A stretch of DNA of 64,000 bases from an uncultured Chloroflexia bacterium (GTDB lineage Bacteria > Chloroflexota > Dehalococcoidia > Dehalococcoidales > RBG-16-60-22), in the NCBI GenBank assembly GCA_963727315.1, contig CAVSFE010000002.1, positions 279,723 through 343,722 of the forward strand, given 5' to 3'. The notes below the pieces were generated by a model that saw nothing but the letters and a program-made list of their open reading frames with translations, did not search any database and was not told the origin of the DNA. Made by a program: the position numbers and the translations under genes. Below, in pieces: positions 1 to 8,863 of the stretch (its first letter is position 1; each line of letters begins with the position of its first letter).

Positions 1-227
1 AAAAGACGATATGGATGGATTTTTAAAATTGGGATACTACTGTTTGTGATTACTCTGTTCCAATGTTATGGGAATCTATTGGAAAAATGATATTGATTTT
101 CATCCAGAGGCAGTAAATCGGACCAATGAAATTGCAGCTGTTTCTCTTCTTCATCTGCAAGTATTAATATGACAGTAACCGCCGCATACTAATTATCAGT
201 ATACCTTTAATAACGTTAATATTAGTA

Positions 228-334
228 GGGCGTTTAAGAGGGGCGAAGCCCCTCTTTCTTTCTTCCCCCTTCCTTTGGCAAAGGAAGGGGGATAAAGGGG
301 GATAGATTTCCTAGGGGGATAAAGGAGAGGGGCT
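228..334. repeat. Dispersed GC-rich palindromic repeat family, copy R1
   Basis: Hairpin AAGAGGGGC-GAA-GCCCCTCTT (236..256) is preceded by GGGCGTTT and followed by a T-rich run. A second hairpin CCCCCTTCCTTT-GGC-AAAGGAAGGGGG lies at 265..291, then GGGGGATAAAGG motifs. The same modules recur at 31178, 33221, 42584, 47478 and 57878. Confidence 0.8.
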
Positions 335-1065
335 TACCACCCGTCTTGAAGTCGTGATACCAGCGACATCGGCAGGCCGGCCTTGATCATTTTCTCCTGC
401 GTCGCGTCGATATCGTACTCCACGCGGTGAAGTCGCAGGACGCGGCCCTCGCTATCATAAATGGCATAGCTGGCCCGGGGGTCGCCGTCCCTCGGCTGGC
501 CCACCCCGCCCGGATTGATAATCATCCGGTGTTCGCCGAGCACCAGCCCGATATTAGGCGACAGCGCAATCGACGAACAGATAGCGCCTACCTGTTTGAA
601 CGCCAGCGGCGCGTGGGTATGCCCCACCAGGCAATAAGGCGAAGTGAAGAACGAAAAATTCTTGGCGGCGATGCCGGTAGAAACGACGTACTCCAGGACA
701 GGCTCGGCGGGACTGCCATGCACCAGGTAAAAATCGCCTCTCGTGGCGGCCATGGGCAGGCTTTCCAGGTATTGAATGTCCGCAGGGCTCAAGCGCCCCG
801 CCGTCCACCGGCAGGCGGCCGCCGCGGCCGGATTGAAATAAGAGAGGTCCAGCCTGCCGATAGCGCCCAGGTCGTGATTGCCGGCGATACAGACGGGCTC
901 ATGTTTGCGCAAGAGCTCGATGCACCCGGAGGGGTCCGGCCCGTAGCCCACGATATCCCCCAGGCACCACAACGCGTCCACCCCACCCTTCTCCTCGATG
1001 TCCCGCAGCACCGCCTCGAAGGCCGCCAGGTTGGCATGGATGTCCGCCAGGATTGCGTAACGCAT
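334..1065 (-). CDS. Metallophosphoesterase family protein (YfcE/MJ0936-like phosphodiesterase)
   Basis: 243-aa ORF with the calcineurin-like metal-ligand motifs in order: ADIHAN, GDIVGYGP, GNHD, VHGS, GHTH. Confidence 0.85.
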   Translation of the reverse strand: MRYAILADIHANLAAFEAVLRDIEEKGGVDALWCLGDIVGYGPDPSGCIELLRKHEPVCIAGNHDLGAIGRLDLSYFNPAAAAACRWTAGRLSPADIQYLESLPMAATRGDFYLVHGSPAEPVLEYVVSTGIAAKNFSFFTSPYCLVGHTHAPLAFKQVGAICSSIALSPNIGLVLGEHRMIINPGGVGQPRDGDPRASYAIYDSEGRVLRLHRVEYDIDATQEKMIKAGLPMSLVSRLQDGW

Positions 1066-1127
1066 TTAGAAACAATATAGCAGGTTTTCGCCGCGAGGGA
1101 AAGTCGATACACACGTAGACGCGGATT

Positions 1128-1767
1128 TTAGGGTAATTCGATGCCGATATAGCGCAGCAGATTGCGCAGGCCGAAGTAGCCGAGATAGCTTAAAACGGCG
1201 GCCTCGACGGTCTTGCCCGCCAAGCAGACGACGTAGAACTTCCAGAAACTATAGCGCGCCGCCCCCATACCCATGATGATGGGCATGAGCACCGGATTGG
1301 GATACATTCCCAGGATAAAGACCGCCCATAACACGCGGCGGCGGGCAAACTCCCTCATCCTGGGCATGCTGAGCTTGCGCATGACCCTGCTAAACCAGGA
1401 AGGGCTGTTTTCATCGATTTTCCAGGAGAAACCGAGGTTTTTAAAAAAGACGATGACCGCCGCGGCCGGTCCAGTATACCAGCGCCTGCCCGACGCTATT
1501 GCCGAAACCGGAGACCAGGGCGACCAGCGCCGGATTTAAAATGCTCCCCAGTGTAAAGGTCAGAATCATGCTGGGGGTGGGGATAGGTATAGGCGAGCCG
1601 GCGAAGAGGGAAATTAAAAAAAGCCCCAGAAAACCCTCCTGCTCAAGCCGCGTGATGTATTCCCAGTGCTGAATGAGATAAACAGAGCCGACGACACTGA
1701 TGATAACCGTCGCGGCCAGTATACCTATAGCGAGATATCTTTTCGCTCTGGTGGTTATGACAGCCAT
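1128..1767 (-). pseudogene. YqaA-like VTT/DedA-superfamily membrane protein, interrupted by a 1-nt frameshift as assembled
   Basis: ORFs 1441..1767 and 1128..1382 look like the two halves of one ~212-aa multipass membrane protein (FAGSPIPIPTPSMIL...GNSVGQALVYWTGRGG). Skipping one T in the minus-strand run CTTTTTTAAAAAC (1437..1449) joins ...GGHRLF to KNLGFSWKIDENSPSWFSRVMRKL... Confidence 0.7.
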
Positions 1768-1882
1768 TATTGGTTTTTATTATACGACATCGGCAGGGCA
1801 TTTTGATAGTCATGAAAGGACGAAACGCGGAATCATCTTCTTAAAAAGCCAGCCGCTCCCCGGATATGCTATACTTTTTATC

Positions 1883-2884
1883 ATGAAAGTGGCGGAACTC
1901 GGGGAGTTCGGGCTGATTGACCTCCTGGCAAAGATGATAAAGGATGCGGGGGTGGATAAAATCGGGGAGGAACAGCCGATAATCGGCATCGGGGACGACG
2001 CCGCCGCCTGGCGCGGCGATAACGCCATCCAGCTGGCGACCGTCGACACCATGGTGCAGGACGTCCACTTCTCTCTTAAGACCATCACCTGGCAGGAGCT
2101 CGGCTGGAAGTCCCTCGCCATTAATCTCAGCGATATCGCCGCCATGGGGGGCGTGCCCAAATACGCTTTAGTGGCCCTGGCCCTGCCGGAAGACACGCCG
2201 GTGGCAGCGGTCACGAAAATCTACGAGGGCATGATTGCCGCCGCCCGGCAGTATCAGCTGGCGATAGTCGGCGGGAACATCAGCCGCGCACCGGAAATCT
2301 CGATTACGATTACCGTCCTGGGGAGCAGCCCGGAGAATAAAATGCTGCGGCGCGATACCGCCATTCCCGGCGATATCATTGCCGTCACCGGGCATCCGGG
2401 CAGCGCCGCCGGCGGACGTGAAATGCTGGCCAAGAAGCTCAAGTTCAAGCCGGATGCAGCGAAATATCTTCGGGACGCTTTTCTGCACCCCCTGCCCCGG
2501 ATTGCCGAAGGACAGCTGCTCGTAAAGAACGGCATAACGACCGCCATCGATATCAGCGACGGGCTCCTCGCCGACCTGCGCCATATCTGCGAGGCCAGCC
2601 GGGTCGGCGCGCGGGTAGAGATAGACCGACTGCCCATTCACGAAGCAGTCAAGGCCGGCTTCGGGGAAAGGGCGGTGGAGCTGGCGCTGGCGGGCGGGGA
2701 GGACTACGAGCTGCTTTTTACCGGCCGCGCCGATGCCATCGAGCGGGTGAAGGCGGAAATGACCTGCCCGGTGACCATCATCGGCGAAATCACCGCGGGC
2801 CAAGCGGGTCAAATAGACCTGCGCGACGCCAGAGGCAGTCCCGTGAAAATAGAGCCAAACGGGATGGTCGCATTTCTAATGTAA
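1883..2884 (+). CDS. thiL: Thiamine-monophosphate kinase
   Basis: GEFGLIDLL, GIGDDAAAW, TVDTMVQDVHF and INLSDIAAMGG are typical of ThiL/AIR-synthase-related proteins. I chose the ATG at 1883 (MKVAELGEFG); the 61-aa extension from 1700 overlaps the upstream minus-strand gene. Confidence 0.9.
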   Translation: MKVAELGEFGLIDLLAKMIKDAGVDKIGEEQPIIGIGDDAAAWRGDNAIQLATVDTMVQDVHFSLKTITWQELGWKSLAINLSDIAAMGGVPKYALVALALPEDTPVAAVTKIYEGMIAAARQYQLAIVGGNISRAPEISITITVLGSSPENKMLRRDTAIPGDIIAVTGHPGSAAGGREMLAKKLKFKPDAAKYLRDAFLHPLPRIAEGQLLVKNGITTAIDISDGLLADLRHICEASRVGARVEIDRLPIHEAVKAGFGERAVELALAGGEDYELLFTGRADAIERVKAEMTCPVTIIGEITAGQAGQIDLRDARGSPVKIEPNGMVAFLM

Positions 2885-2895
2885 CGGAGAAAGAT

Positions 2896-3363
2896 ATGGT
2901 AGCCATACCCAGAGTAACGCTTAACGCCGACCTCGACGAAGGGTTCTGCTTCGGCTGCGGGCGTAACAACCCCATCGGGCTGAAACTGAAATTCACCCGG
3001 GATGGTGATACTATCCGCACCGAATTCACACCGGACCGGACCCACCAGGGGTGGCCGGGACTATTGCACGGCGGTATCCTGGGCGCCCTGCTCGATGAAG
3101 CGATGAGTAACGCCGCCTATGCTACCGGCAGCACCTGCCTCACCGCCAGCATCAACATCAGAATCAAACAGCCGATAAAAGTCGAGGTGCCTCTCGTCAT
3201 CACCGCCCGGATAACCCGACATGGGAAAAGGCTCATCGAGACAGAAGGGCAGGTCTGCTTTAAAGACGGCACCGTCGTCGCCGAAAGCACCGCCAAGCAG
3301 TTCGTCGCGGGAAACGCCGCGGGGAAAAGGGACCGGGTCAGGGAGTCCCGCCGCCATGTCTGA
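2896..3363 (+). CDS. PaaI-family (hotdog fold) thioesterase
   Basis: 155-aa ORF with N-terminal CFGCGRNNPIGLKLKF and the HQGWPGLLHGGILGALLDEAMS core typical of PaaI/YbgC-type hotdog thioesterases. Confidence 0.8.
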   Translation: MVAIPRVTLNADLDEGFCFGCGRNNPIGLKLKFTRDGDTIRTEFTPDRTHQGWPGLLHGGILGALLDEAMSNAAYATGSTCLTASINIRIKQPIKVEVPLVITARITRHGKRLIETEGQVCFKDGTVVAESTAKQFVAGNAAGKRDRVRESRRHV

Positions 3364-4025
3364 AGGACATCTCGAAGCGGTGGTCTGGGACCTCGATGGC
3401 GTCATCGCCGATACCGCCGAATACCACTATCTGGCCTGGCGGGATGTCTTCGGGGAGCGGGGGGTGGACTACAGCAGAGCGGACTTCATGCCTTATTTCG
3501 GGAGGAGGCATGATACCATCATCAGGTCCGTCCTCGGCGACAGGCTATCGCCGGAAGAGTTCGAAGCCATTACCGAAGAAAAGCAGCGAAATTACCGCCG
3601 CCGGGTGGCGAAACAATATCGTGGCGCTGCCGGGAGTCATCGCGCTAATAAAATCGCTCCACGAGCAAGGAATAAAGCAGGCGATTGCCTCGTCGGCGGT
3701 GCCGGAAAACATTGAAATAATCGTCCGGGGGCTGGGCATCGCCGACTGTTTCCAGGCCATCGTCCACGGCATGGAGGCCAAAGAGGGCAAGCCGAGCCCG
3801 CAGATATTCCTGCTGGCGGCGAAAAAACTCAAGGTGAGACCCGCCGACTGCGTCGTCATCGAGGACGCCATCGCCGGGGTGGCCGCCGCCAGGCGGGCCG
3901 GCATGAAATGCGTCGCGGTGACCAACAGCCACCCCAAGGAAGCCCTCAAAAATGCGGATTTAATCGTAGACACACTGGAAAAAGTCGGCATCATCGACTT
4001 GCGGGGACTTTTTAACAGTTCATAA
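3356..4025 (+). pseudogene. HAD-superfamily hydrolase (beta-phosphoglucomutase-like), frameshifted as assembled
   Basis: The N-terminal part (frame of ORF 3221..3715) reads MSEGHLEAVVWDLDGVIADT, which is HAD motif I. The C-terminal part (frame of ORF 3396..4025) reads ALPGVIALIKSLHEQGIKQAIASS...KPSPQIFL...VIEDAIAGVAAARRAGM. The frames switch near 3605..3615. The start ATG overlaps the thioesterase stop (ATGTCTGA). Confidence 0.8.
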
Positions 4026-4035
4026 GGAGTTTAAA

Positions 4036-4452
4036 ATGGAACGGTCACTGGTGCTCGTCAAGCCGGACGCCATGGAGAGAGGGCTGGCGGGGGCAATCAT
4101 CGGGCGGCTGCAGGGGGAGGGGCTGCGTCTCATCGCGCTGAGAATGCTGCGCATGGATAAAACCCTGGCGGAGCGGCATTACGCCGTCCACAAGGGCAAA
4201 ACATTTTTCAACGATCTGGTGGAATATATCACGTCCACGCCCATCGTGGCCGCCGTCTTCGAGGGGGAAGGGGCGGTGGAGAAAATCCGGAAGCTCATGG
4301 GAGCCACCGACCCCGCCAGGGCCGCCCCGGGTACGATACGGAAAGACTACGGACTGGACCTGCAGCGGAACTCCACGCATGCCTCGGACTCGCCGGAAAA
4401 CGCCGAAAAAGAGATAGCGTTGTTCTTTAAAAAGAGCGAGATTTTCGGATAG
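4036..4452 (+). CDS. ndk: Nucleoside-diphosphate kinase
   Basis: The 138-aa ORF reads ERSLVLVKPDA...GTIRKDYG...NSTHASDS, the classic NDK fold sequence with the catalytic His. Confidence 0.95.
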   Translation: MERSLVLVKPDAMERGLAGAIIGRLQGEGLRLIALRMLRMDKTLAERHYAVHKGKTFFNDLVEYITSTPIVAAVFEGEGAVEKIRKLMGATDPARAAPGTIRKDYGLDLQRNSTHASDSPENAEKEIALFFKKSEIFG

Positions 4453-4454
4453 AT

Positions 4455-4769
4455 TTATTGAATTCTCACGATGGGTTTGGCTTCGCTCCAGAGCCCGTCG
4501 AGGTTATAGTAATCCCGTTCCTCGGGGCTGAAGATGTGCACGATAACGTCGCCATAGTCGAGCAGGAGCCAGCCGGAGTCCAGCGCGCCCTCGTCGTGAT
4601 GCGGCAGGACGCCCTCCCTTTTCAGGCTCAGCTCGATATCATCGAGGATGGTGCGGACCTGCCGCTGGCTGTCGCCGGTGCAGAAAACAAAATAGTCCGC
4701 GAAGCTGCAAATGTCGCGGACATCCAGCAAAACAATATTGCTGGCCTGCTTTTCGCTGGCGATTTCCAC
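4455..4769 (-). CDS. rsfS: Ribosome silencing factor RsfS (iojap-like)
   Basis: ASNIVLLDVRDICSFADYFVFCTGDSQRQV...DSGWLLLDYGDVIVHIF matches the RsfS pattern. The start is a GTG. The frame stays open to 4826 with no better start codon, so the exact 5' end is uncertain. Confidence 0.85.
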   Translation of the reverse strand: MEIASEKQASNIVLLDVRDICSFADYFVFCTGDSQRQVRTILDDIELSLKREGVLPHHDEGALDSGWLLLDYGDVIVHIFSPEERDYYNLDGLWSEAKPIVRIQ

Positions 4770-4863
4770 CGCGCGTCGGGCTATCTCGATGCCTTCCAGT
4801 TCGTTAAATCTCCTGCTTGTTATTTCTTAGATTATACCATAGTAATGAAAGAGACCAGTGAAT

Positions 4864-4892
4864 TTCAATTAGTCCACCAAGCCTGATATAAT
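4864..4892 (+). promoter_or_regulatory. Sigma-70-type promoter with extended -10 (TTCAAT-N17-TGaTATAAT)
   Basis: -35 TTCAAT at 4864..4869, a 17-nt spacer ending in TGA, and -10 TATAAT at 4887..4892, 25 nt upstream of the ATG at 4918. Confidence 0.5.
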
Positions 4893-4917
4893 TAAAACAA
4901 AAAGAGAGCGATAAAAA

Positions 4918-6981
4918 ATGGCAAAATCGGTAGAAATTAAAGACGGACTCTGCTACATGTGCACCAATGCCTGCCCCACGCGCGTCCATGTACGCGACGG
5001 CAAAGCCATAAAAATCGATATCGCCGATCCGAAGGTGGCCCACTGTCCCCGCTGGAAAGCCCAGCTTGACTTTATCTATCACCCCGAGCGCCTGCAATAC
5101 CCCCTGAAGCGCGCGGGAGCGCGCGGCGGCGGCTCGTGGCGGCGCATCTCCTGGGACGAGGCCCTGGATACCGTGGCGGAGAACCTGCAATCGGCCAAAG
5201 ATAAATACGGAGCGGAGTCGGTGGTCTTCTGGATTGCCTACACCAAAGAGCCCCGCCCCTATTTCCACCGCCTGGCGCACGCCTTCGGCTCGCCCAACTA
5301 CTGCACCGAGAGCAGCAACTGTTTCTCCGGCACCTGGATTGCCGCCAACCTGACCTACGGACCGGAATACTCTTACATGGCGGGCTCGGGCGGCAGCGCG
5401 GGACCGGAAACGCGCTGCAAGCTCATCTGGGGCGCGGCCGTGGTCTCCTCTCCGAATGTCTGGCAGGAAAACCTGGACGCCAGGAAAAAAGGCGTCAAGC
5501 TCATCGTCGTCGACCCGCGGCGGACAACAATAGCCTCAAAAGCCGATATCCACCTGCAGCTGCGGCCCGGCACTGACGGCGCCCTGGCGCTGGGCATGAT
5601 GAACGTCATCATCGGCGAAAATCTCCATGATAAAGAGTTCTGCGAGAAGTGGACGGTCGGTTTCGACGGACTGAAAAAGCTGGCCGGGGAATATACCCCA
5701 GACCGCGTTGAGAAAATAACACGCGTCCCCGCGGCTAAAATCAGAGAAGCGGCGAGGCTCTACGCCTCCAGCAAGCCGGCCAGGCTCCACCTCAGCAGCA
5801 ACAGCACCACCCATCACGCCAACGGCGTCCAGAACCACCGGGCGGTCATCCTGCTGGCAGCCATCACCGGCAATATCGGCGTCACGGGCGGCAACCGGCT
5901 GGGCGACTACGCCGCCGTCCACCCCAACGATATCACCCTGCACGAAAGAGTGGTCGATATGCCGCCGGGCATCGGCTCGAAGCGCTTCCCGATATGGACG
6001 AAACGCTACCGCGAAATGCAGTCGAACGCCATCGCCGACCAGATAGAAAGCGGCGACCCGTATCCCCTCAAGGCGCTTTTTTCACCGGGGCTGGACATGC
6101 AGTTTTTCGGCAACTCGAACCGGTTCGCCGAAACGGTTAAGAAGCTCGATTTCATCGCCGTGAGCGAGTATTTCCACACGCCGGGCACGCAGCTGGCGGA
6201 TATCGTGCTGCCCATCGCGTCCTGGCTGGAGCGGCCGATTCTTTTGACCGACTACGGCGGCTACGCCAAGCTCATCGAGCCGGCCATAAAACCGGTTGGG
6301 GAAAGCCGGACAGAGTGGGACATCTACGCCGCGCTGGCGCAGCGACTGGGCTTCGGCGACCTGTTCTGGGACGGCGATTTCTATAAGTGCGCCGACCATA
6401 TCCTGGAACCAATGAATATAACTGCCGCCGACCTGAAACAGCGCCCCGAAGGCATCAAACTCCCCACCCGGCCCAGACCGGAGAAAAGCTACGAAAAAAC
6501 GGGTTTCCCGACTCCCTCCGGCAAGGTGGAAATAGCCTGCGCCGCGCTGGCGGAGCAGGGCCTCGACGCCCTGCCGGTATATCATGAGCCTCCCGAGAGT
6601 CCGCTGAGCCGGCCCGACCTGCTGGGAAAATACCCGCTGGTCATGACCTCGGGGGCGAGGGTCATGGCGTATACCCACTCGCAGTTCCGCAATATCCCGC
6701 GCCTGCGTAAACTCATGCCCGACCCCCTCGTTGATATCAATCCCGCCGACGCCGCCCCGAGGGGCATCAAGACCGGCGACACGGTGACCATAAGCTCGCC
6801 GCGCGGCAGCATCAAGATGAAAGCTAACGTCACCGACGCCATCCTGAGCGGCGTCGTTTCCCTGCCGCACCACTGGCCGGGCGAAGCTAATGTCAACACG
6901 CTGGTCGATGACCGCACCCTCGACCCGATTTCAGGTTTCCTCCCCTGCAAATCGCAGCTCTGCCAGGTCACCCGGGGCTGA
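4918..6981 (+). CDS. Molybdopterin (bis-MGD) oxidoreductase, DMSO-reductase superfamily, apparently cytoplasmic
   Basis: 687-aa ORF. It has the N-terminal 4Fe-4S motif CYMCTNAC...C(PRW), molybdopterin-binding segments (VVDPRRT, FIAVSEYFHT) and a C-terminal beta-barrel domain (VDINPADAAPRGIKTGDTVTISSPRGS). There is no twin-arginine signal and no in-frame TGA. Confidence 0.85.
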   Translation: MAKSVEIKDGLCYMCTNACPTRVHVRDGKAIKIDIADPKVAHCPRWKAQLDFIYHPERLQYPLKRAGARGGGSWRRISWDEALDTVAENLQSAKDKYGAESVVFWIAYTKEPRPYFHRLAHAFGSPNYCTESSNCFSGTWIAANLTYGPEYSYMAGSGGSAGPETRCKLIWGAAVVSSPNVWQENLDARKKGVKLIVVDPRRTTIASKADIHLQLRPGTDGALALGMMNVIIGENLHDKEFCEKWTVGFDGLKKLAGEYTPDRVEKITRVPAAKIREAARLYASSKPARLHLSSNSTTHHANGVQNHRAVILLAAITGNIGVTGGNRLGDYAAVHPNDITLHERVVDMPPGIGSKRFPIWTKRYREMQSNAIADQIESGDPYPLKALFSPGLDMQFFGNSNRFAETVKKLDFIAVSEYFHTPGTQLADIVLPIASWLERPILLTDYGGYAKLIEPAIKPVGESRTEWDIYAALAQRLGFGDLFWDGDFYKCADHILEPMNITAADLKQRPEGIKLPTRPRPEKSYEKTGFPTPSGKVEIACAALAEQGLDALPVYHEPPESPLSRPDLLGKYPLVMTSGARVMAYTHSQFRNIPRLRKLMPDPLVDINPADAAPRGIKTGDTVTISSPRGSIKMKANVTDAILSGVVSLPHHWPGEANVNTLVDDRTLDPISGFLPCKSQLCQVTRG

Positions 6982-6991
6982 TGAGAAAAAG

Positions 6992-7709
6992 ATGCCTACC
7001 AAGCCTCTAATTAAAGCCCTGACCGAAGCCGGCATCGGCCCGCGGCGCCGCATGGCCGAGGCTATCAAGCAGGGTAAGGTCAAGGTCAACGGGGAAACCG
7101 CCGAGTCGTTCACACAACCCATCAACACGGAAAGCGACCGTGTTACCTTCGGGGGGAAGGCGGTCGAGCTAAAACCGGACGAGACAGTCTGCCTCGATGT
7201 TTAATAAACCGGCCGGTGTCGTCTCCACCGCCAGTGACGAAAAAGGCCGCCGCACCGTCCTGGATATCCTGCCCGGGCAATATAAAAAATACCGGCTTTA
7301 CCCGGTGGGACGGCTGGACATCGATACCACCGGTTTACTCCTGCTCACCAACGACGGCGACCTCACCTACCGGCTGACCCACCCGAAGTTCGAACACGAA
7401 AAAGAGTACCTGGTCAGGATAAAGGGCAGGCTCGGGGCGGAGGAAAAAAGCCAGCTGGAACGCGGCATCAGGCTGGAAGACGGCCTGACCCACCCGGCGC
7501 GGGTCGAAGAGGTCTCGCTCCCGCCGTTCAACTACAGCATCACCATCCACGAAGGCAGAAAAAGACAGGTGAGCCGCATGTTCGAAAGGGTGAAACATCC
7601 CCTGCTGGCTTTAAAAAGGGTACGCGTCGGCCACCTGAGCCTGGGCGAGCTCAAAGAGGGAGAGGTGAGGCGGCTGAGCCAGGCAGAGATAAACGCCCTG
7701 CTTTCATGA
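6992..7709 (+). pseudogene. Pseudouridine synthase (RsuA/RluB family) with N-terminal S4 domain, frameshifted as assembled
   Basis: The S4 part (MPTKPLIKALTEAGIGPRRRMAEAIKQGKVKVNG...) stops at 7202..7204. The catalytic part (FNKPAGVVST...YPVGRLDIDTTGLLLLTNDGDL) starts in the next frame at 7197. One extra nt near 7195 separates them. The joined length of ~238 aa is typical. Confidence 0.8.
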
Positions 7710-8723
7710 GACCAGCCGGATTAACATGTAGATAGCCGAAGCAATCAGCGCGGAAGCCGGGATGGTAAATATCCAGGCCCAGACAATGCGCAGCGTCACG
7801 CCCCAGCGCACCGCGGAGACCCTCTGTGCCGCGCCCACCCCGGATATCGCCCCGGTAATAACGTGGGTGGTGCTGACCGGGATTTTAAGAAAAGTCGACA
7901 AAAAGATACTCGAAGCCGCGGCCGTCTCGGCGCAAAAACCATCGATGGGCTGTAATTTGGTAATCTTCTGTCCCATCGTTTTAACGATGCGCCACCCGCC
8001 GGTTAAAGTGCCCAGGGCTATCGCTGCATGCGCGCTCAGGACGACCCAAAGGGGCACGTGAAACTGGCCGATAATGCCGCCGGTGAAGAGGAGACTGGTG
8101 ATAATGCCCATCGTCTTCTGGGCGTCGTTGCCGCCGTGGCCCAGGCTGAAAGACGCCGCGGAGAACAACTGCGCCACCCTCGACCATTTACCGACGGCCG
8201 CCGGGCTTTGTTTCCGGACAATCCACGAGGTAGCGACTTTAAGAAAAGCGCCCAGAAAAAGCCCGATTAGCGGCGCCACGATAATGAATATCAGCGTCTT
8301 GGTCCAGCCGGAAGCGATAATCACGCCGAACCCGCTCTTGGCGATGGCCGCCCCCGCGTAGCCGCCGATTAACGAGTGGGAAGAGCTGCTCGGCAGGCCG
8401 AGATACCAGGTAATGAGATTCCAGGCGATGGCGCCTATCAGGCCCGCCAGGATGACGGTGGCGGTCACAATTTCGATGTCAATCATGTCCTTGCCGATGG
8501 TATTCGCCACGCCCGTGCCGAATATCAAAAAAGCGATGAAGTTAAAAAAGGCCGCCCAGACGACGGCCTGACGCTGTGATAAAACCCTGGTGGAAACGAC
8601 GGTAGAAATAGAATTGGCGGCATCGTGCATGCCATTGGTGAAGTCGAAAACAAGGGCGATGATGATGACGGGGATTATTAAATAGAGGCTCGTTTCCATA
8701 GCGCGGACAACAAAGTCCTTCAA
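7704..8723 (-). CDS. Inorganic phosphate transporter, PiT (PHO4) family
   Basis: 339-aa polytopic ORF with the duplicated PiT signatures GMHDAANSI and GGNDAQKTMG. Confidence 0.9.
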   Translation of the reverse strand: MKDFVVRAMETSLYLIIPVIIIALVFDFTNGMHDAANSISTVVSTRVLSQRQAVVWAAFFNFIAFLIFGTGVANTIGKDMIDIEIVTATVILAGLIGAIAWNLITWYLGLPSSSSHSLIGGYAGAAIAKSGFGVIIASGWTKTLIFIIVAPLIGLFLGAFLKVATSWIVRKQSPAAVGKWSRVAQLFSAASFSLGHGGNDAQKTMGIITSLLFTGGIIGQFHVPLWVVLSAHAAIALGTLTGGWRIVKTMGQKITKLQPIDGFCAETAAASSIFLSTFLKIPVSTTHVITGAISGVGAAQRVSAVRWGVTLRIVWAWIFTIPASALIASAIYMLIRLVS

Positions 8724-8787
8724 GATTATACATGAAATAAAGAATAATTACGAAACACCGCCTCACGGCTTGCTAAGCAGGACAACT

Positions 8788-8816
8788 TTTCAAACGTGAC
8801 TCAGGTCTGCTATACT
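8788..8816 (+). promoter_or_regulatory. Sigma-70-type promoter with extended -10 (TTTCAA-N17-TGcTATACT)
   Basis: -35-like TTTCAA at 8788..8793, a 17-nt spacer ending in TGC, and TATACT at 8811..8816, 47 nt upstream of the GTG start at 8864. Confidence 0.4.
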
Positions 8817-8863
8817 GGACTTGTTCCAAATATAAACCGTAGTCCATACTTTTTTTCAGGCAG

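Noticed and set aside
1700-1882. Long N-terminal extensions suggested by the ORF track: thiL from 1700, DegV from 15318, ABC ATPase from 19830, MFS from 44374, the Fe-S flavoprotein from 46481 and NYN from 60216.
   Set aside because: The extensions overlap neighbouring genes or are low-complexity. Internal starts coincide with the conserved N-termini of the families and, where visible, with RBS-like sequences.
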